A stretch of DNA of 64,000 nucleotides from Patescibacteria group bacterium (GCA_028865095.1 JAGWLA010000001.1:137806-201805), one strand, 5' to 3'. Counted from the stretch's first letter, positions 30,844 through 41,486 are shown. A program made the numbers and translations. The notes: a model not told the origin generated them from the letters alone.

Positions 30844-33120
30844 ATGAATCTTAAACGTTATCAAACAAACGCGATTGAAACGCTGGACAAATTCTTGGAA
30901 CTTTCCAAGAAGATGAAACCTCGCCATGCTTTTAATGAGATTACTGAACAAGTTTACAATCATGAGTGGTTCAATGATGTCCCATTTGTCTGTATCCGTA
31001 TTCCTACTGGTGGCGGTAAGACGCTCGTAGGATGTAAGTCTGTGGAGCGGATAATGAGCACTACGCTCCAGAATAAAATGGATACAGGTATAGTGATGTG
31101 GTTTGTACCATCCGATTCAATAAAAAAGCAAACGCTTGAGAAGTTTAGAGATCCGAAAGATTGGCATTATCAAATGCTTCATGAATCTTTTGGTGCAAAG
31201 ATTCAGATTCTTTCAAACGAGGAAGCTCTTACTATTTCACTGGAAAACGTAAGAGATAATTTGTGCATAATTGTAGCGAGCCTTGATGCGTTTCGTAAGG
31301 ACGCTTCCATACAGAAGAAATATAAGGTTTATAAGGAGAACGGTTCCTTGATGGGACACTTTGAGAATCTGAAGAATGATACCAATCTCGAAAAGGATTC
31401 AGATAATACGGTCATAAATTCTCTTGCAAACGTAATCCGCAAAAACAACCCACTCATCGTTATTGATGAAGGACATCATACTCAAACGGATCTCTCTGTA
31501 CGTTTTTTGTCTGATCTGAAGCCAGCTTTTATCATCGAATTTACCGCCACTCCGCGTGACGGTAGTAATGTTCTTGTTAAGACTAGTGCTTCTGAATTAA
31601 AAGTCGAGGAAATGGTGAAGATTCCTATTGTCTTAGAAAGTCGTTCGCAGTGGGAACAGGTTGTTTTAGACGGTATCACGAAGCGTAATGAGCTTGAGAA
31701 GAATGCTAAAAAACTAAAAGGAGAATATGTTCGCCCGATCGCATTATTGCAGGCTCAACCTGTTAGTAAGACGAGATTAACTGTTACTGTTGAAGCCTTG
31801 AAGGAAATGCTCCTTAAGCACAAAATTCCTGAAGAGCAAATAAAGATAAAAATATCAGGATTAGATGAACTTGAGGGGATAGATCTTTTCGATAAGAAAT
31901 GCGAGGTTCGTTATATTTTGACTGTAAATGCACTGGCAGAAGGTTGGGATTGTTCTTTTGCTTACGTGCTTATATCTGTCGCAAATCTAGGAGCGAAAAT
32001 AGCGGTTGAACAGATCATCGGTAGAGTTATTCGTATGCCGCATGCACGACGAAAATCTGACGAATCTCTCAATAGGAGTTATGTGTTTGCTTCTGCCGCC
32101 AAATTTGATGAAGCCGCTTCAAAAGTTATCAAAGGGCTCGAAGATAATGGATACAGCAGGTCCGATTTTGTGCAAGCGAGTGGAGAAAAAGATTATAACG
32201 ATCCACTAGAAGCTAAAAAAGCTGTTAAAAAAGATCTGAAGGTTCCAATAATGGCCATTGGTAAGGATAAACTCGCATTCGAGGATTTACTCAGTGAAAA
32301 TTTTGAGTTGGCGAAGGAGGATCCGGATTTCGATTTTAAAATTCACTATGATCTCGATGGGCAGGCGACTATAGATATCACTGAAGATGACGAATGGCTA
32401 CAGGGTAAACAGTTGTCATTGTCTTTTCAGTATTTGGAAGGTGAACATACAGTAGAAGAGTTGGCATCTTGGCTTGACAAAAAGTTACGTTTTCCAATGG
32501 TGAACCCTGCCGACAAACTTTCATTTATCGAAAAGGCTATACAAATACAGATCAAGAAGCATAAGCGCTCACTTCCTGAACTTTCAGTTAATCGCTACTT
32601 GTTAGCTGATCGTCTTGGTACAGTTATTACTGATCGTCTTGAGTCTCACGCCAGAAAAAACTTTGATAAGCTCATTTCATCCAAGAAAATATCGACCAGT
32701 GTTTTTGATGCTTATCCTGATACCATAGCTCTCAAGTCACCTCTAGCTAAAGTCTTCAATAAGAATCTATACGAGAGAATTGATGCTGTTAATGGTGAAG
32801 AGAGGGGGTTCGTCGAACGTATGGATCTTGGTACTCTAGACAATATCGAATTTTGGGTCCGCAATCGCGAAAAGGTCGATCCGTTTTACATACAAGGTTG
32901 GAGGAGGGGTAAATTCTATCCGGACTTTGTAGCAGTAACTAAAAAGGGAAATATTGTCGCACTTGAGTGGAAGGGGGAGGATCGTATAAGTAATGAGGAT
33001 ACTGCGTATAAGGTCGAAATCGCAAAAGAATGGGAAAAGTTAGGTAAAGGGAAACTCCACTTTTTCCTTGTACATAATGGAAACGCGGAAGAAGTTCTCA
33101 ATGCTATAAAAAATCTGTAG
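30844..33120 (+). CDS. Type III restriction endonuclease Res subunit (SF2 helicase + nuclease)
   Basis: Walker A TGGGKT, DEAH-like VIDEGHH, helicase motifs. It lies 6 nt after mod. Confidence 0.85.
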   Translation: MNLKRYQTNAIETLDKFLELSKKMKPRHAFNEITEQVYNHEWFNDVPFVCIRIPTGGGKTLVGCKSVERIMSTTLQNKMDTGIVMWFVPSDSIKKQTLEKFRDPKDWHYQMLHESFGAKIQILSNEEALTISLENVRDNLCIIVASLDAFRKDASIQKKYKVYKENGSLMGHFENLKNDTNLEKDSDNTVINSLANVIRKNNPLIVIDEGHHTQTDLSVRFLSDLKPAFIIEFTATPRDGSNVLVKTSASELKVEEMVKIPIVLESRSQWEQVVLDGITKRNELEKNAKKLKGEYVRPIALLQAQPVSKTRLTVTVEALKEMLLKHKIPEEQIKIKISGLDELEGIDLFDKKCEVRYILTVNALAEGWDCSFAYVLISVANLGAKIAVEQIIGRVIRMPHARRKSDESLNRSYVFASAAKFDEAASKVIKGLEDNGYSRSDFVQASGEKDYNDPLEAKKAVKKDLKVPIMAIGKDKLAFEDLLSENFELAKEDPDFDFKIHYDLDGQATIDITEDDEWLQGKQLSLSFQYLEGEHTVEELASWLDKKLRFPMVNPADKLSFIEKAIQIQIKKHKRSLPELSVNRYLLADRLGTVITDRLESHARKNFDKLISSKKISTSVFDAYPDTIALKSPLAKVFNKNLYERIDAVNGEERGFVERMDLGTLDNIEFWVRNREKVDPFYIQGWRRGKFYPDFVAVTKKGNIVALEWKGEDRISNEDTAYKVEIAKEWEKLGKGKLHFFLVHNGNAEEVLNAIKNL

Positions 33121-33122
33121 TT

Positions 33123-33917
33123 ATGAATCCAAGAGGGTGGACTAAAACAGAATTAGAAGAATGGCTCAAGAACCCTCTTACGCAGGAAAGAAAAGGTTTT
33201 GATCTTAAGGCAATAATTCCTCCACACGATGCGGGCAAGAATGATCTCAAAAAAGATTTTTGTGGTTTTGCAAACGGAACGGGCGGTTTTCTCTTTTTCG
33301 GTATCAAAGACGACAAGTCAATAATTGGAATAAATGAGGACAATAATTTTACGACTAGGATAAGTGAAATTGTCACGAAACACATTTTTCCTACAACAAT
33401 ATTATGGGATCTCTGTGCATGTATAAAAGTCGATAGTGGGAAATGTGTTTATGTTATTGAGATTATTGAGAGTCCTTATTGGCAAAAACCTCACGTGTTT
33501 TTCCGCGAAAGCGACGGTCTTTTCATACCCTTGAGGGAGAATGGAAATAAAAGAAACATTACGGATGGTTCTGAACTGAGAAGAATATGTTTAAAGACAG
33601 ACAATTATTATCCAGAATACAATACACACGTCCTTAATATTCTCAGAGAATTGAAAAACAAACCGAGACCATTTTTTAGTCTAACTGATGCTGTTATTAT
33701 TCAAGGGTATAAATCGTTCTTACGTTCCCAGTCTGAGACACAATACGGACAAATTCTTATCGAAATTGAGAACATAGAAATGGCTGTGGCCGAATTGAAC
33801 AAGAAGCATTTTTCAGGAGTTGCGGACGGCAATCCAATTGTTTCTGCAGATCAAGATGGTAAACTCGGCAAGTTGGTCGATGATTTTGTTTCAAACTTTG
33901 GCAGACAAATAATATGA
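33123..33917 (+). CDS. AlbA_2 / Schlafen-like divergent-AAA domain protein
   Basis: ERKGFDLK...DFCGFANGTGGFLFFGIKDD matches the AlbA_2 core (E..EFK...AFANt.GG.L..GV.D). Its start lies 3 nt after the res stop. Confidence 0.55.
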   Translation: MNPRGWTKTELEEWLKNPLTQERKGFDLKAIIPPHDAGKNDLKKDFCGFANGTGGFLFFGIKDDKSIIGINEDNNFTTRISEIVTKHIFPTTILWDLCACIKVDSGKCVYVIEIIESPYWQKPHVFFRESDGLFIPLRENGNKRNITDGSELRRICLKTDNYYPEYNTHVLNILRELKNKPRPFFSLTDAVIIQGYKSFLRSQSETQYGQILIEIENIEMAVAELNKKHFSGVADGNPIVSADQDGKLGKLVDDFVSNFGRQII

Positions 33918-36900
33918 AAAAGATGACAAGTGGACAAGCGAACATTGCAGGGATAAATGCACAGGTATGGGCAGCTATGTCCTTGTTCTTGCAATTTCTG
34001 CGTGACCCGAGATTTATACAAATTCATCTTGAAGCTCCAGGTTTTCAAGATTTTAATCTTCTATTTAATGATGGTAAGAAAATCATCTGTGAATCCAAAG
34101 ATAGAAAACAGCCCTTTAACTACGCTGATCTTAAAAAGATACTGAAAAATGTCGCTGGTAATCAATCCCTCTCAAAGGACGATGAAATTTTAATTGTTTG
34201 CCGATCTGCAAACAAGAATCTTGTGAGTGATGTAAGACATGGACGTTATTTCGAAGAGATCAAAAATAAATTTAAAAAGAAGGGCTATTCTGATGCACAG
34301 GTGAGCTTACTGCAAAATGTAAAATTCTGGGTAATTCCACCTTCGTTTAATGAGCAGATTATCTATTCTTTATTTACTGATCTCGTAAGCTTTTGGCTAC
34401 CGGCAAGTGATATCGAGAAAATTGTCGACAATATTTTGGTGCAAAAAATCTATAAAGGATCGGCAAAGGGAGCTACCTATAGCAGAGTTGATATTTTAAA
34501 AGAAATAAATCAGCTTGCTGATGATGCAAAAAACAATAGTGTTTATTATAACGATGGTTTGCAAAAAAGAGAGGATCAGTTTTCCAATCTTGAGAAAGCT
34601 CTCAGTAATCCTAAAGATGGAACCTGGAATATACCAAAGGAACTCTCTGCATTTTCCACAGATTATGAAAGGTTAAGATTTGCGACAAATCGGCTAACCA
34701 ACCAAAAAGACATTCTTAATCTTTCGGAGTGGGACCCTCTATGGCAGTTAAACAAGGTGTATTTTTTCACTTTTGGTATTTTTACTATTTTTGAAAATAA
34801 TCTACATACAAAGGAGAACAGGGATTATGTAATTGGGCATATAAAAAAATATGTTAAACAGATTAGAGGTTTTTATCAGGCAGATTTTTTCAATGTAAAT
34901 GTGGTGAAATTAGTCGGTAAGATCATCGATGGCCCAGATGGGGGTCAATATCTTATTCGAGCCTACGATATTATTAAAGACCTCATCACTTCAAACGAAA
35001 AGGAATTTTTCTACATGAAGGAGAATGGCTATGACCACGGACAATGGGAAAAAGGTGAAATATGCAAGCTCTTGCAAAAAATCTATCATCATAAAGATGC
35101 CGATGAAGCCTTAAAGCAAAAAATCTTTAATCTCTCAATTACCGCCTTTAATCTTATAGAAGACGAAGGAGAGTTTAGCCATCATACACCCCCTGAAATA
35201 TTTGCGATTTTGGCAAGTTGGCTTCAAGAAGATTTCATTAATCGTTTCAAAAAAATAGTAAAGATTCTTGCAGATCAATACGATAAATACTACAAACAAT
35301 TCGGTAAGAAGATGGCTTTCGCCGGATGGGAGCATATGGGTGGCGGCATATCATTCAGTGGCGGTTATCATGCTTCGGACCGACATTTTATGGGAATTCT
35401 TGCACCTGCGATAAGGAAATATTATGACCTCAATCCCACTGAGGGTTGGAAGCTCATCAAAGAAAAGTGTATCAGTAAGACAAATCAGGTAAGTAAAACA
35501 CGTCCGGATTTTCTTAATAGGGCAGTTTACGAGATTGTCTTAGAAAGATATGCCCAGGACAACAAGACCATTGCTGCTGAAGCATTCTCCATATTGAGTG
35601 AATTGATCCTTTCTCGGAAAGGTATTCCGCATAAGTCTGATCTCATTTACCAGACGGTACGCGGGATGGCAATTTCAGATGATAAAAAATGGAAACTCGT
35701 TGAGTTAACTGCAAAAAAATACGGAGTACCAGTTAATCCATTTGCCGAGCAAATTATTGCGGGTCTCGCTAAGAAAGGACATGTGGAAGCCAGAGCAGAA
35801 CTTAAACGATGGTTTGCTGAACCAAAGTATTATCATCGATTCATGTTCGGCGAAGACGCAGTTTCCACAATTAAAGCATTGCTTGATAGCGATCTCAATT
35901 TTGCTGTTGAGTTATTCCAAGCGTTGCTTGATAGTTATTATTTTAAGAATGGTAAAAGTGACAGTTTAAGTCCTTTTACGGTTGCCGCCTTACTCCAGGT
36001 TATCTTAAGCAAGGACTATGCTAAAGGTCTCGGTCTCTTGAGATTTCTAGAGTCACAAGAGGTATTGACCAAAGATCAGCAATCAATTTATTGTTTCAGT
36101 TTGTTTAACAATCACGGCAATGATGATTCAGACGACATCGAATTGCTGATGAAAGTATATAAAGATGTAATTGATCCTTTATTAATCAAGTTTGATGACA
36201 CTGAAAAAATTGTTAAGAGATTTCCCAATGATGGCGCGCGAGCTGCTCTCGTACAGTTTGCTGTTCGTCTGGCGGTAAAAAAGAAAATGACAGAGGCTCT
36301 TAGGATTATCAAATCATTTGTTAGTGATCCTGATCCATATTTAACCGATAAGGACCCAAATGATCCTAAGAATGAATATAACGAGCAAAAAAGGATTGAA
36401 GAAGGAAAAGAACCGAACAATATTACCTCTGTACGCGGTTGGTGTGGTTGGGCATTGATGAAATGCTCGGTCCTAGAAGGTCGTGAAAAAATCCCAGAAA
36501 TAATTTCTTTAGCTTCAAAACTTGCTGAGGACAGAAATTATTACGCGGTTCATATGGCTACATTTGCACTTGCCCAGTTGGCAAAAAATAGATTGACGGT
36601 CTTACCGGATAACAAAGAGGTACTTTTTTTCAACGACGATAAGACAAAGGCACTAAAAATGGCAAAACAAATTGAGGGCATTGCCTTTAAACTACTCGAG
36701 CAACTTCTTTCGTGGCCCGAAAAGGTTCAAATAGCCATGTCAAAAAGTGTTCTACACGTTTTCGATCCTATACGATCACTCAATGAACAAGATGCACTTC
36801 ATCTGATTGAAGACCTTGCCAAACTTCCAAAAGAAACAGTAGCTGAATCCGCACCGTTGTTCATATATTTTGCTGAATTTCGAAAGGATGCCTACCCAGA

Positions 36901-37546
36901 TTGGAAATTTAGTGCCCCTGGCCTTTATGATGATCTGGGTCCAGATAAATATAATGAGAAGAAATTCAAGAAAATTCTTATTGAGACTGTGCACCGGCTC
37001 CAAAAAAATGACCCGAATAGTTGCTTCAGATTTGCTGCTTCCGTAGAACATCTGACACGAGAGCCTGGAGATGGGGGTATTAAAAAATATACCGATCTTG
37101 CTTTGGAATATTTTGATTTTCTTACGGACGCTTATGGTCATAACATATACAATCTTATCTACATGACCATTGAGGCAAAACTTCAAAAACCTGATGATTA
37201 TTTAGACCAATGGTTCAACCTTTTGATAAAGTGCTTCAAAATTGAGGGGGAATTTTATCGAAAAGAAATAAAAGCAGGTAATGCGGCAAAGGTTTATTGG
37301 TACCCAACTTTGTATCACTCAAGGATAGTAGAGTTAGTTAACGAACGATTTGATAAAGAAAAGTTTATGGAGATTGCGAAGATATTCTTCAATTTTCCTA
37401 AAGAGCTCGATTTAAATGAGTCAGATGGACTAATATCTCTTCTTAGGGAATTTGCAAAGACTGATCCAGAGGCAAAGACCATTCTCCAAAACTTGCTTAA
37501 AAAGAGCCCAAGCAAGTATTGGTATCTTAGGGATGAGTTGAAATAA
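33914..37546 (+). CDS. Large (1210 aa) uncharacterised protein: N-terminal Cap4/HamA(DUF4297)-like nuclease motif plus about 1000 aa of alpha-helical (HEAT/ARM-like) repeats; candidate defence effector
   Basis: N-terminus SGQANIAGINAQVW...IHLEAPGFQDFNLL...IICESKDRK (G..A..G..AQ followed by an E/D...E-x-K triad). No Walker A. Low-complexity helical remainder. Start overlaps the upstream stop (ATGA). Confidence 0.45.
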   Translation: MKKMTSGQANIAGINAQVWAAMSLFLQFLRDPRFIQIHLEAPGFQDFNLLFNDGKKIICESKDRKQPFNYADLKKILKNVAGNQSLSKDDEILIVCRSANKNLVSDVRHGRYFEEIKNKFKKKGYSDAQVSLLQNVKFWVIPPSFNEQIIYSLFTDLVSFWLPASDIEKIVDNILVQKIYKGSAKGATYSRVDILKEINQLADDAKNNSVYYNDGLQKREDQFSNLEKALSNPKDGTWNIPKELSAFSTDYERLRFATNRLTNQKDILNLSEWDPLWQLNKVYFFTFGIFTIFENNLHTKENRDYVIGHIKKYVKQIRGFYQADFFNVNVVKLVGKIIDGPDGGQYLIRAYDIIKDLITSNEKEFFYMKENGYDHGQWEKGEICKLLQKIYHHKDADEALKQKIFNLSITAFNLIEDEGEFSHHTPPEIFAILASWLQEDFINRFKKIVKILADQYDKYYKQFGKKMAFAGWEHMGGGISFSGGYHASDRHFMGILAPAIRKYYDLNPTEGWKLIKEKCISKTNQVSKTRPDFLNRAVYEIVLERYAQDNKTIAAEAFSILSELILSRKGIPHKSDLIYQTVRGMAISDDKKWKLVELTAKKYGVPVNPFAEQIIAGLAKKGHVEARAELKRWFAEPKYYHRFMFGEDAVSTIKALLDSDLNFAVELFQALLDSYYFKNGKSDSLSPFTVAALLQVILSKDYAKGLGLLRFLESQEVLTKDQQSIYCFSLFNNHGNDDSDDIELLMKVYKDVIDPLLIKFDDTEKIVKRFPNDGARAALVQFAVRLAVKKKMTEALRIIKSFVSDPDPYLTDKDPNDPKNEYNEQKRIEEGKEPNNITSVRGWCGWALMKCSVLEGREKIPEIISLASKLAEDRNYYAVHMATFALAQLAKNRLTVLPDNKEVLFFNDDKTKALKMAKQIEGIAFKLLEQLLSWPEKVQIAMSKSVLHVFDPIRSLNEQDALHLIEDLAKLPKETVAESAPLFIYFAEFRKDAYPDWKFSAPGLYDDLGPDKYNEKKFKKILIETVHRLQKNDPNSCFRFAASVEHLTREPGDGGIKKYTDLALEYFDFLTDAYGHNIYNLIYMTIEAKLQKPDDYLDQWFNLLIKCFKIEGEFYRKEIKAGNAAKVYWYPTLYHSRIVELVNERFDKEKFMEIAKIFFNFPKELDLNESDGLISLLREFAKTDPEAKTILQNLLKKSPSKYWYLRDELK

Positions 37547-37560
37547 ATCTCAAATATAAT

Positions 37561-38214
37561 ATGGGAAAATTAAGTCAATCTGGTGTTGGGTTTTGGTACG
37601 GAAAATTAAAGTCCCAACTGGAGTTATTAAAGGAGAAAAAGGATAAGGAACCACTAGAGCGAGCATTTGCCCTCGACATAGCCTTGTCATATCTTTTCCT
37701 CTATTTGTTTATAGAATCGACGATTGATCAATTAGCTATGAATTTATTTCCGCAAGTACTTCGGCTCAATAGTTATGATAAGTATAAATCTCAGCGACGA
37801 AATATATATCAGAAGGTCGAATATCTTTTTGGGAGCTTTTGTTCGATACTACCATTTCAACGGTACTCTGATCTAAGAGACAAAATAAAGCCGATAACAA
37901 ATATGAGAAATAATGTAGTCCATCTTGAAGAGATGGTTTGGTATGTAAATGATCTTTTTGATAAAGAAGGGAAAATGAATAGTCATCATAAAGAGATTCC
38001 CAATAAATATACAAAGGATCTAACAATAACTGCTTTACGAAATCATTATGAATCAGCGTGGGAATTTCTGGAGGTATTTAGGGTAACTCTTAATGACGGA
38101 CTCGGAAATAGAAGTATTGAAGTCAATTATGATGGTGAGAAAAGGACTATAAATCTCGTTGATTATATGTATGAAATCTCGGTTGTTCCACCAAAGAATC
38201 GAGTTGAATTTTGA
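37561..38214 (+). CDS. HEPN-domain protein (Abi-like, Rx4H motif)
   Basis: 217 aa. The motif MRNNVVH fits the HEPN Rx4-6H signature. It lies 14 nt downstream of the large gene. Confidence 0.45.
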   Translation: MGKLSQSGVGFWYGKLKSQLELLKEKKDKEPLERAFALDIALSYLFLYLFIESTIDQLAMNLFPQVLRLNSYDKYKSQRRNIYQKVEYLFGSFCSILPFQRYSDLRDKIKPITNMRNNVVHLEEMVWYVNDLFDKEGKMNSHHKEIPNKYTKDLTITALRNHYESAWEFLEVFRVTLNDGLGNRSIEVNYDGEKRTINLVDYMYEISVVPPKNRVEF

Positions 38215-38339
38215 TTTGAAACCAGTATTCTAGATCATAAAAATTGATGCATTGTCATCTTAAACTCTTTTTGATACTCTAATATCACAACTGAATATGA
38301 GCAGCCTAAACCCTTTGACAAGGGCATGGCTCACAAGAC

Positions 38340-38386
38340 CCGATAAAGAATACTGAACCCCACGTTCAGCGACTCTTTATCGGGCC
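38340..38386. other. Long near-perfect hairpin in the 258-nt intergenic leader
   Basis: 11-bp arms cccgataaaga...tctttatcggg plus nested tgaac...gttca. Confidence 0.5.
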
Positions 38387-38472
38387 ATATCGGGAAACTG
38401 GTATGGGGCCGCAAGGCCTAAAGCTAGCGTGGGGCTTAGTGTATCTACACTTGTCCTCACGCCATGTAACCC

Positions 38473-39384
38473 ATGGCAATATTTCAAATACACAACGAAG
38501 CGGTCAAAAAGATACCGCCCATAAAGATAGGGAAGGAAAAGAACATCCAAGAACTTTTTGAGAAAAACCTCGAAGAGATTTTAAACATTAGATTTTTGGC
38601 TACTGAATATTCAACGAGCTTCGGCGGCAGGATAGACAGCCTCGGCGTTGATAATAATGGATCACCGGTCATCATCGAATACAAGAAGGGTCAGAACGAT
38701 AACGTCATCAACCAGGGACTTTCGTACCTTCGTTGGCTCCTTGATCACAAAGCCGACTTCGAGGCATTGGTAAAGAAGAAAAATATCACTACCGACATCG
38801 ATTGGGCATCACCACGAGTTATTTGTGTCGCTGAAAGTTACAACAAATTCGATCTCGATACTGTTGATCTCCTACCGATGGATATTGAGCTTCTTCGATA
38901 TCAGCTCTATGACAGCGGTATACTCCTTGTCGAGCCGGAGGTGCAACGGAAGATCAAGATATCGACTGGAGATATCTTCGACCGGAGTGAGAAGCATAAG
39001 AGGGAATTCAAAGACAAGATCCACTATACCGTCGATGAGCATATAAAAGCGGCTAGTCCGCATATCCAGCACATATTTTCTATGCTGAAAGAGCGCATCT
39101 CCGCTCTAGACGAGTCGATCATCGAGGAAGCAAAAGCAAAGTATATCGCTTACAAGCTCACGACCAATTTCTGTGATGTCGTCATCTTGCGTGATTCGCT
39201 CAAGATATTCATCAACGTACCGAGCGGAGAACTCGATGATCCTCATAGTCTCGCCAGAGATCTCACGAAGCCTAGGCTGGTCGGACATTGGGGAAATGGT
39301 GACTATGAAGTGAAGCTCGAGCGCGAAGAAGATCTGCCAAAGGTCATGTCACTCATAGAACAGGGTTATACATACAACAAATGA
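38473..39384 (+). CDS. PD-(D/E)xK nuclease-superfamily protein (NucS/DUF91/DUF4263-like core)
   Basis: GRIDSLGVDNNGSPVIIEYKKG is a D...(D/E)xK restriction-endonuclease-fold motif. An unrelated C-terminal half follows. Confidence 0.5.
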   Translation: MAIFQIHNEAVKKIPPIKIGKEKNIQELFEKNLEEILNIRFLATEYSTSFGGRIDSLGVDNNGSPVIIEYKKGQNDNVINQGLSYLRWLLDHKADFEALVKKKNITTDIDWASPRVICVAESYNKFDLDTVDLLPMDIELLRYQLYDSGILLVEPEVQRKIKISTGDIFDRSEKHKREFKDKIHYTVDEHIKAASPHIQHIFSMLKERISALDESIIEEAKAKYIAYKLTTNFCDVVILRDSLKIFINVPSGELDDPHSLARDLTKPRLVGHWGNGDYEVKLEREEDLPKVMSLIEQGYTYNK

Positions 39385-39470
39385 CTCTATTTCAAACTGT
39401 TGGTAACTTCGCTTCGCAAGGCCTTGAATCCAAGCTAAGGTAGCACACATTACCCATTAACCACATAACT

Positions 39471-39767
39471 ATGCGTACAAAACCACAGTGTCCCAATTGC
39501 AAGTTCTACGGCCGTCTCATGAACAATGGCGTCTTCATGATGGTGGCCGGCATCCTGGCTCTCGGTATCGGCAGTGTCCTTACCATCCTCATCATCACCA
39601 TACCGATCGCCATCATTTTCTTCATATTATCCCCAGTTCTATTTATCATCGGATTCTTTGTCTGGTTCTTTACCAGAGGCAAGGTGCGCTGTATGCGCTG
39701 CCACTGGTCGGGAATGAAGAAAGAAGCCATGTCCCATGCCGATCCTGTCGAGACACAGCGCTCTTGA
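39471..39767 (+). CDS. Small membrane protein with two CxxC pairs flanking TM helices
   Basis: CPNC...CMRC with two TM segments. Confidence 0.35.
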   Translation: MRTKPQCPNCKFYGRLMNNGVFMMVAGILALGIGSVLTILIITIPIAIIFFILSPVLFIIGFFVWFFTRGKVRCMRCHWSGMKKEAMSHADPVETQRS

Positions 39768-39947
39768 GTTACGAAGGATCATCAAAGATGCGACCGACAG
39801 GAACATATCGGAAGGGGAAGCGTATGCCATCTGGCACTACCTGCTAAAGCTTCTCAAGGTCTTGTGGCAGATCGAGAAGGGCAATAGGCCACAGAAGAAA
39901 GTACCGGGACAGCAGAGTTTATTTGCAAGAAAGAAGAAGCCGAAGCG

Positions 39948-41486
39948 CTAGAATTTCATTTTATCCCACCCTCTGGTGATAGGGAATCTCGATTCTCGCC
40001 ATTGTTCCCAGCCGTCGTCACCTTTCTCAGGAGGCCTCTTGGGTGGCAGGAGAGAGAACGGATGATATCCTTTATTTGACTTTGGCACTTCCGATGCGAC
40101 GAGGGAGAATGCATCACAGAGGTCGTCGTATCGTTCATTACCTAGATTAGTGATCTGTGAGATGAGTGTCTCATTACCTTTGTCAGCAAAGAGAACGGTG
40201 CCATTCTTTATATACGACGAAAGAACAGCGAGCCGCGATCGTTTGTCACCCTTGGATATGACTGAGTCGGCATTATATCCCTCAAGTTGCAATCTGTCTG
40301 CCGCGGAGACTTGATAGCCATTACCTTCGATATAGATCTTAGCCCTTCTATTTGCTTCCGTGGTGTCAGCGAGCACCTTGATCATGTCATAGCCCTGCAC
40401 TGAATTGAGGTGCTCATTCACGGGATTGGGCGCGATGTATATTCGAGTATGTTCTCTCCAGCCGAATACGTGAGCTACAACCATAGCGGTCTTGTCGGAC
40501 GTCTCGCTCTCCGACCAGGCAAGGTCGACGCCGATGAACGATCCGCGATATTGATTGTCGTGGGTCATTGGGGGCATGGCATGGTAATACTGGATCCATT
40601 CAGGATGGATAACTCTCTCGGTACTTGAAACGATGTGAAGCAGGAACTCTTGATGCCAGGCTCGATCATTGCCGATGCGCTTACGCTCAGCTTCGACTGC
40701 ATCCATGTCTGGATATTTGCTTTTCCAGAGTATATTGCCTGAGGCATCAATGAGCGGATACTCTCTGTACACACCGCTTCGTTTGCCGGCCTCGATCTCT
40801 TTCTTAAAGCGCATCATGATCGAATCCTCATGAAGGAGGGTGCCGAGAAGCACGATGCGCAGATTAGGCAGGTTTCCCGAAGGTATGGCATCCATGGTGA
40901 CCCAGTCATAGGTCTTGTTTCTGCCCTCGAGCGTCTTTACCGATTCGTCATCCTCGATATCGTCCAAGATGAGAAGGTCGGTGCGATACTGTTTGTATCG
41001 CATACCGCGTAAGCTCTGTTCGGTCGAAGCGAAGGTGATCTGCGCGTCATACTTGGTGAGGATGATTGATGAACCCCATTGTGATTCCTCCGTTCTGAAT
41101 GGCCCGAGGTCGTTTCGTAAGAGTTTGTTGCTTTCGAACTCGCGCTTAATGTTCTGGAAGTGCTGCTTGGCCTTGGCCTGTGTACGACTGACGATGATGA
41201 CCATCTTTTTCTCCGGCGCACCCAAGACCGACCAGATGGCAAGAGCGGTATTCAGTATCGCCGATTTGGCGCTGTTTCTGGCTGCCATGATGGTGATCGT
41301 CTGGTGTATCGGATCTTCCGCGAGATGGAACATCTCGGCATGGAAGGGTGCGATAGTGTAGTCGATATAGTGGCTTAGGTATGTACCAAAGAAATACCTG
41401 AAGCTTGTCCGAGTGATCTTGCGTCGCAGATTCTCATCATGCACCATGAGGTCGATGATATGTTTGATTTCCTTTTCAGTCTCCAT
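39948..41486 (-). CDS. Phage terminase large subunit (TerL)
   Basis: N-terminal ATPase (Walker A-like MAARNSAKS, Walker B LLILDDIED) and C-terminal RNaseH-like nuclease. Start at the ATG overlapping the terS stop. Confidence 0.75.
   Translation of the reverse strand: METEKEIKHIIDLMVHDENLRRKITRTSFRYFFGTYLSHYIDYTIAPFHAEMFHLAEDPIHQTITIMAARNSAKSAILNTALAIWSVLGAPEKKMVIIVSRTQAKAKQHFQNIKREFESNKLLRNDLGPFRTEESQWGSSIILTKYDAQITFASTEQSLRGMRYKQYRTDLLILDDIEDDESVKTLEGRNKTYDWVTMDAIPSGNLPNLRIVLLGTLLHEDSIMMRFKKEIEAGKRSGVYREYPLIDASGNILWKSKYPDMDAVEAERKRIGNDRAWHQEFLLHIVSSTERVIHPEWIQYYHAMPPMTHDNQYRGSFIGVDLAWSESETSDKTAMVVAHVFGWREHTRIYIAPNPVNEHLNSVQGYDMIKVLADTTEANRRAKIYIEGNGYQVSAADRLQLEGYNADSVISKGDKRSRLAVLSSYIKNGTVLFADKGNETLISQITNLGNERYDDLCDAFSLVASEVPKSNKGYHPFSLLPPKRPPEKGDDGWEQWRESRFPITRGWDKMKF

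Noticed and set aside
39736-39951. 71-aa ORF between the small membrane protein and terL
   Set aside because: It overlaps neighbouring genes, has no motifs, and cannot be supported from sequence alone.
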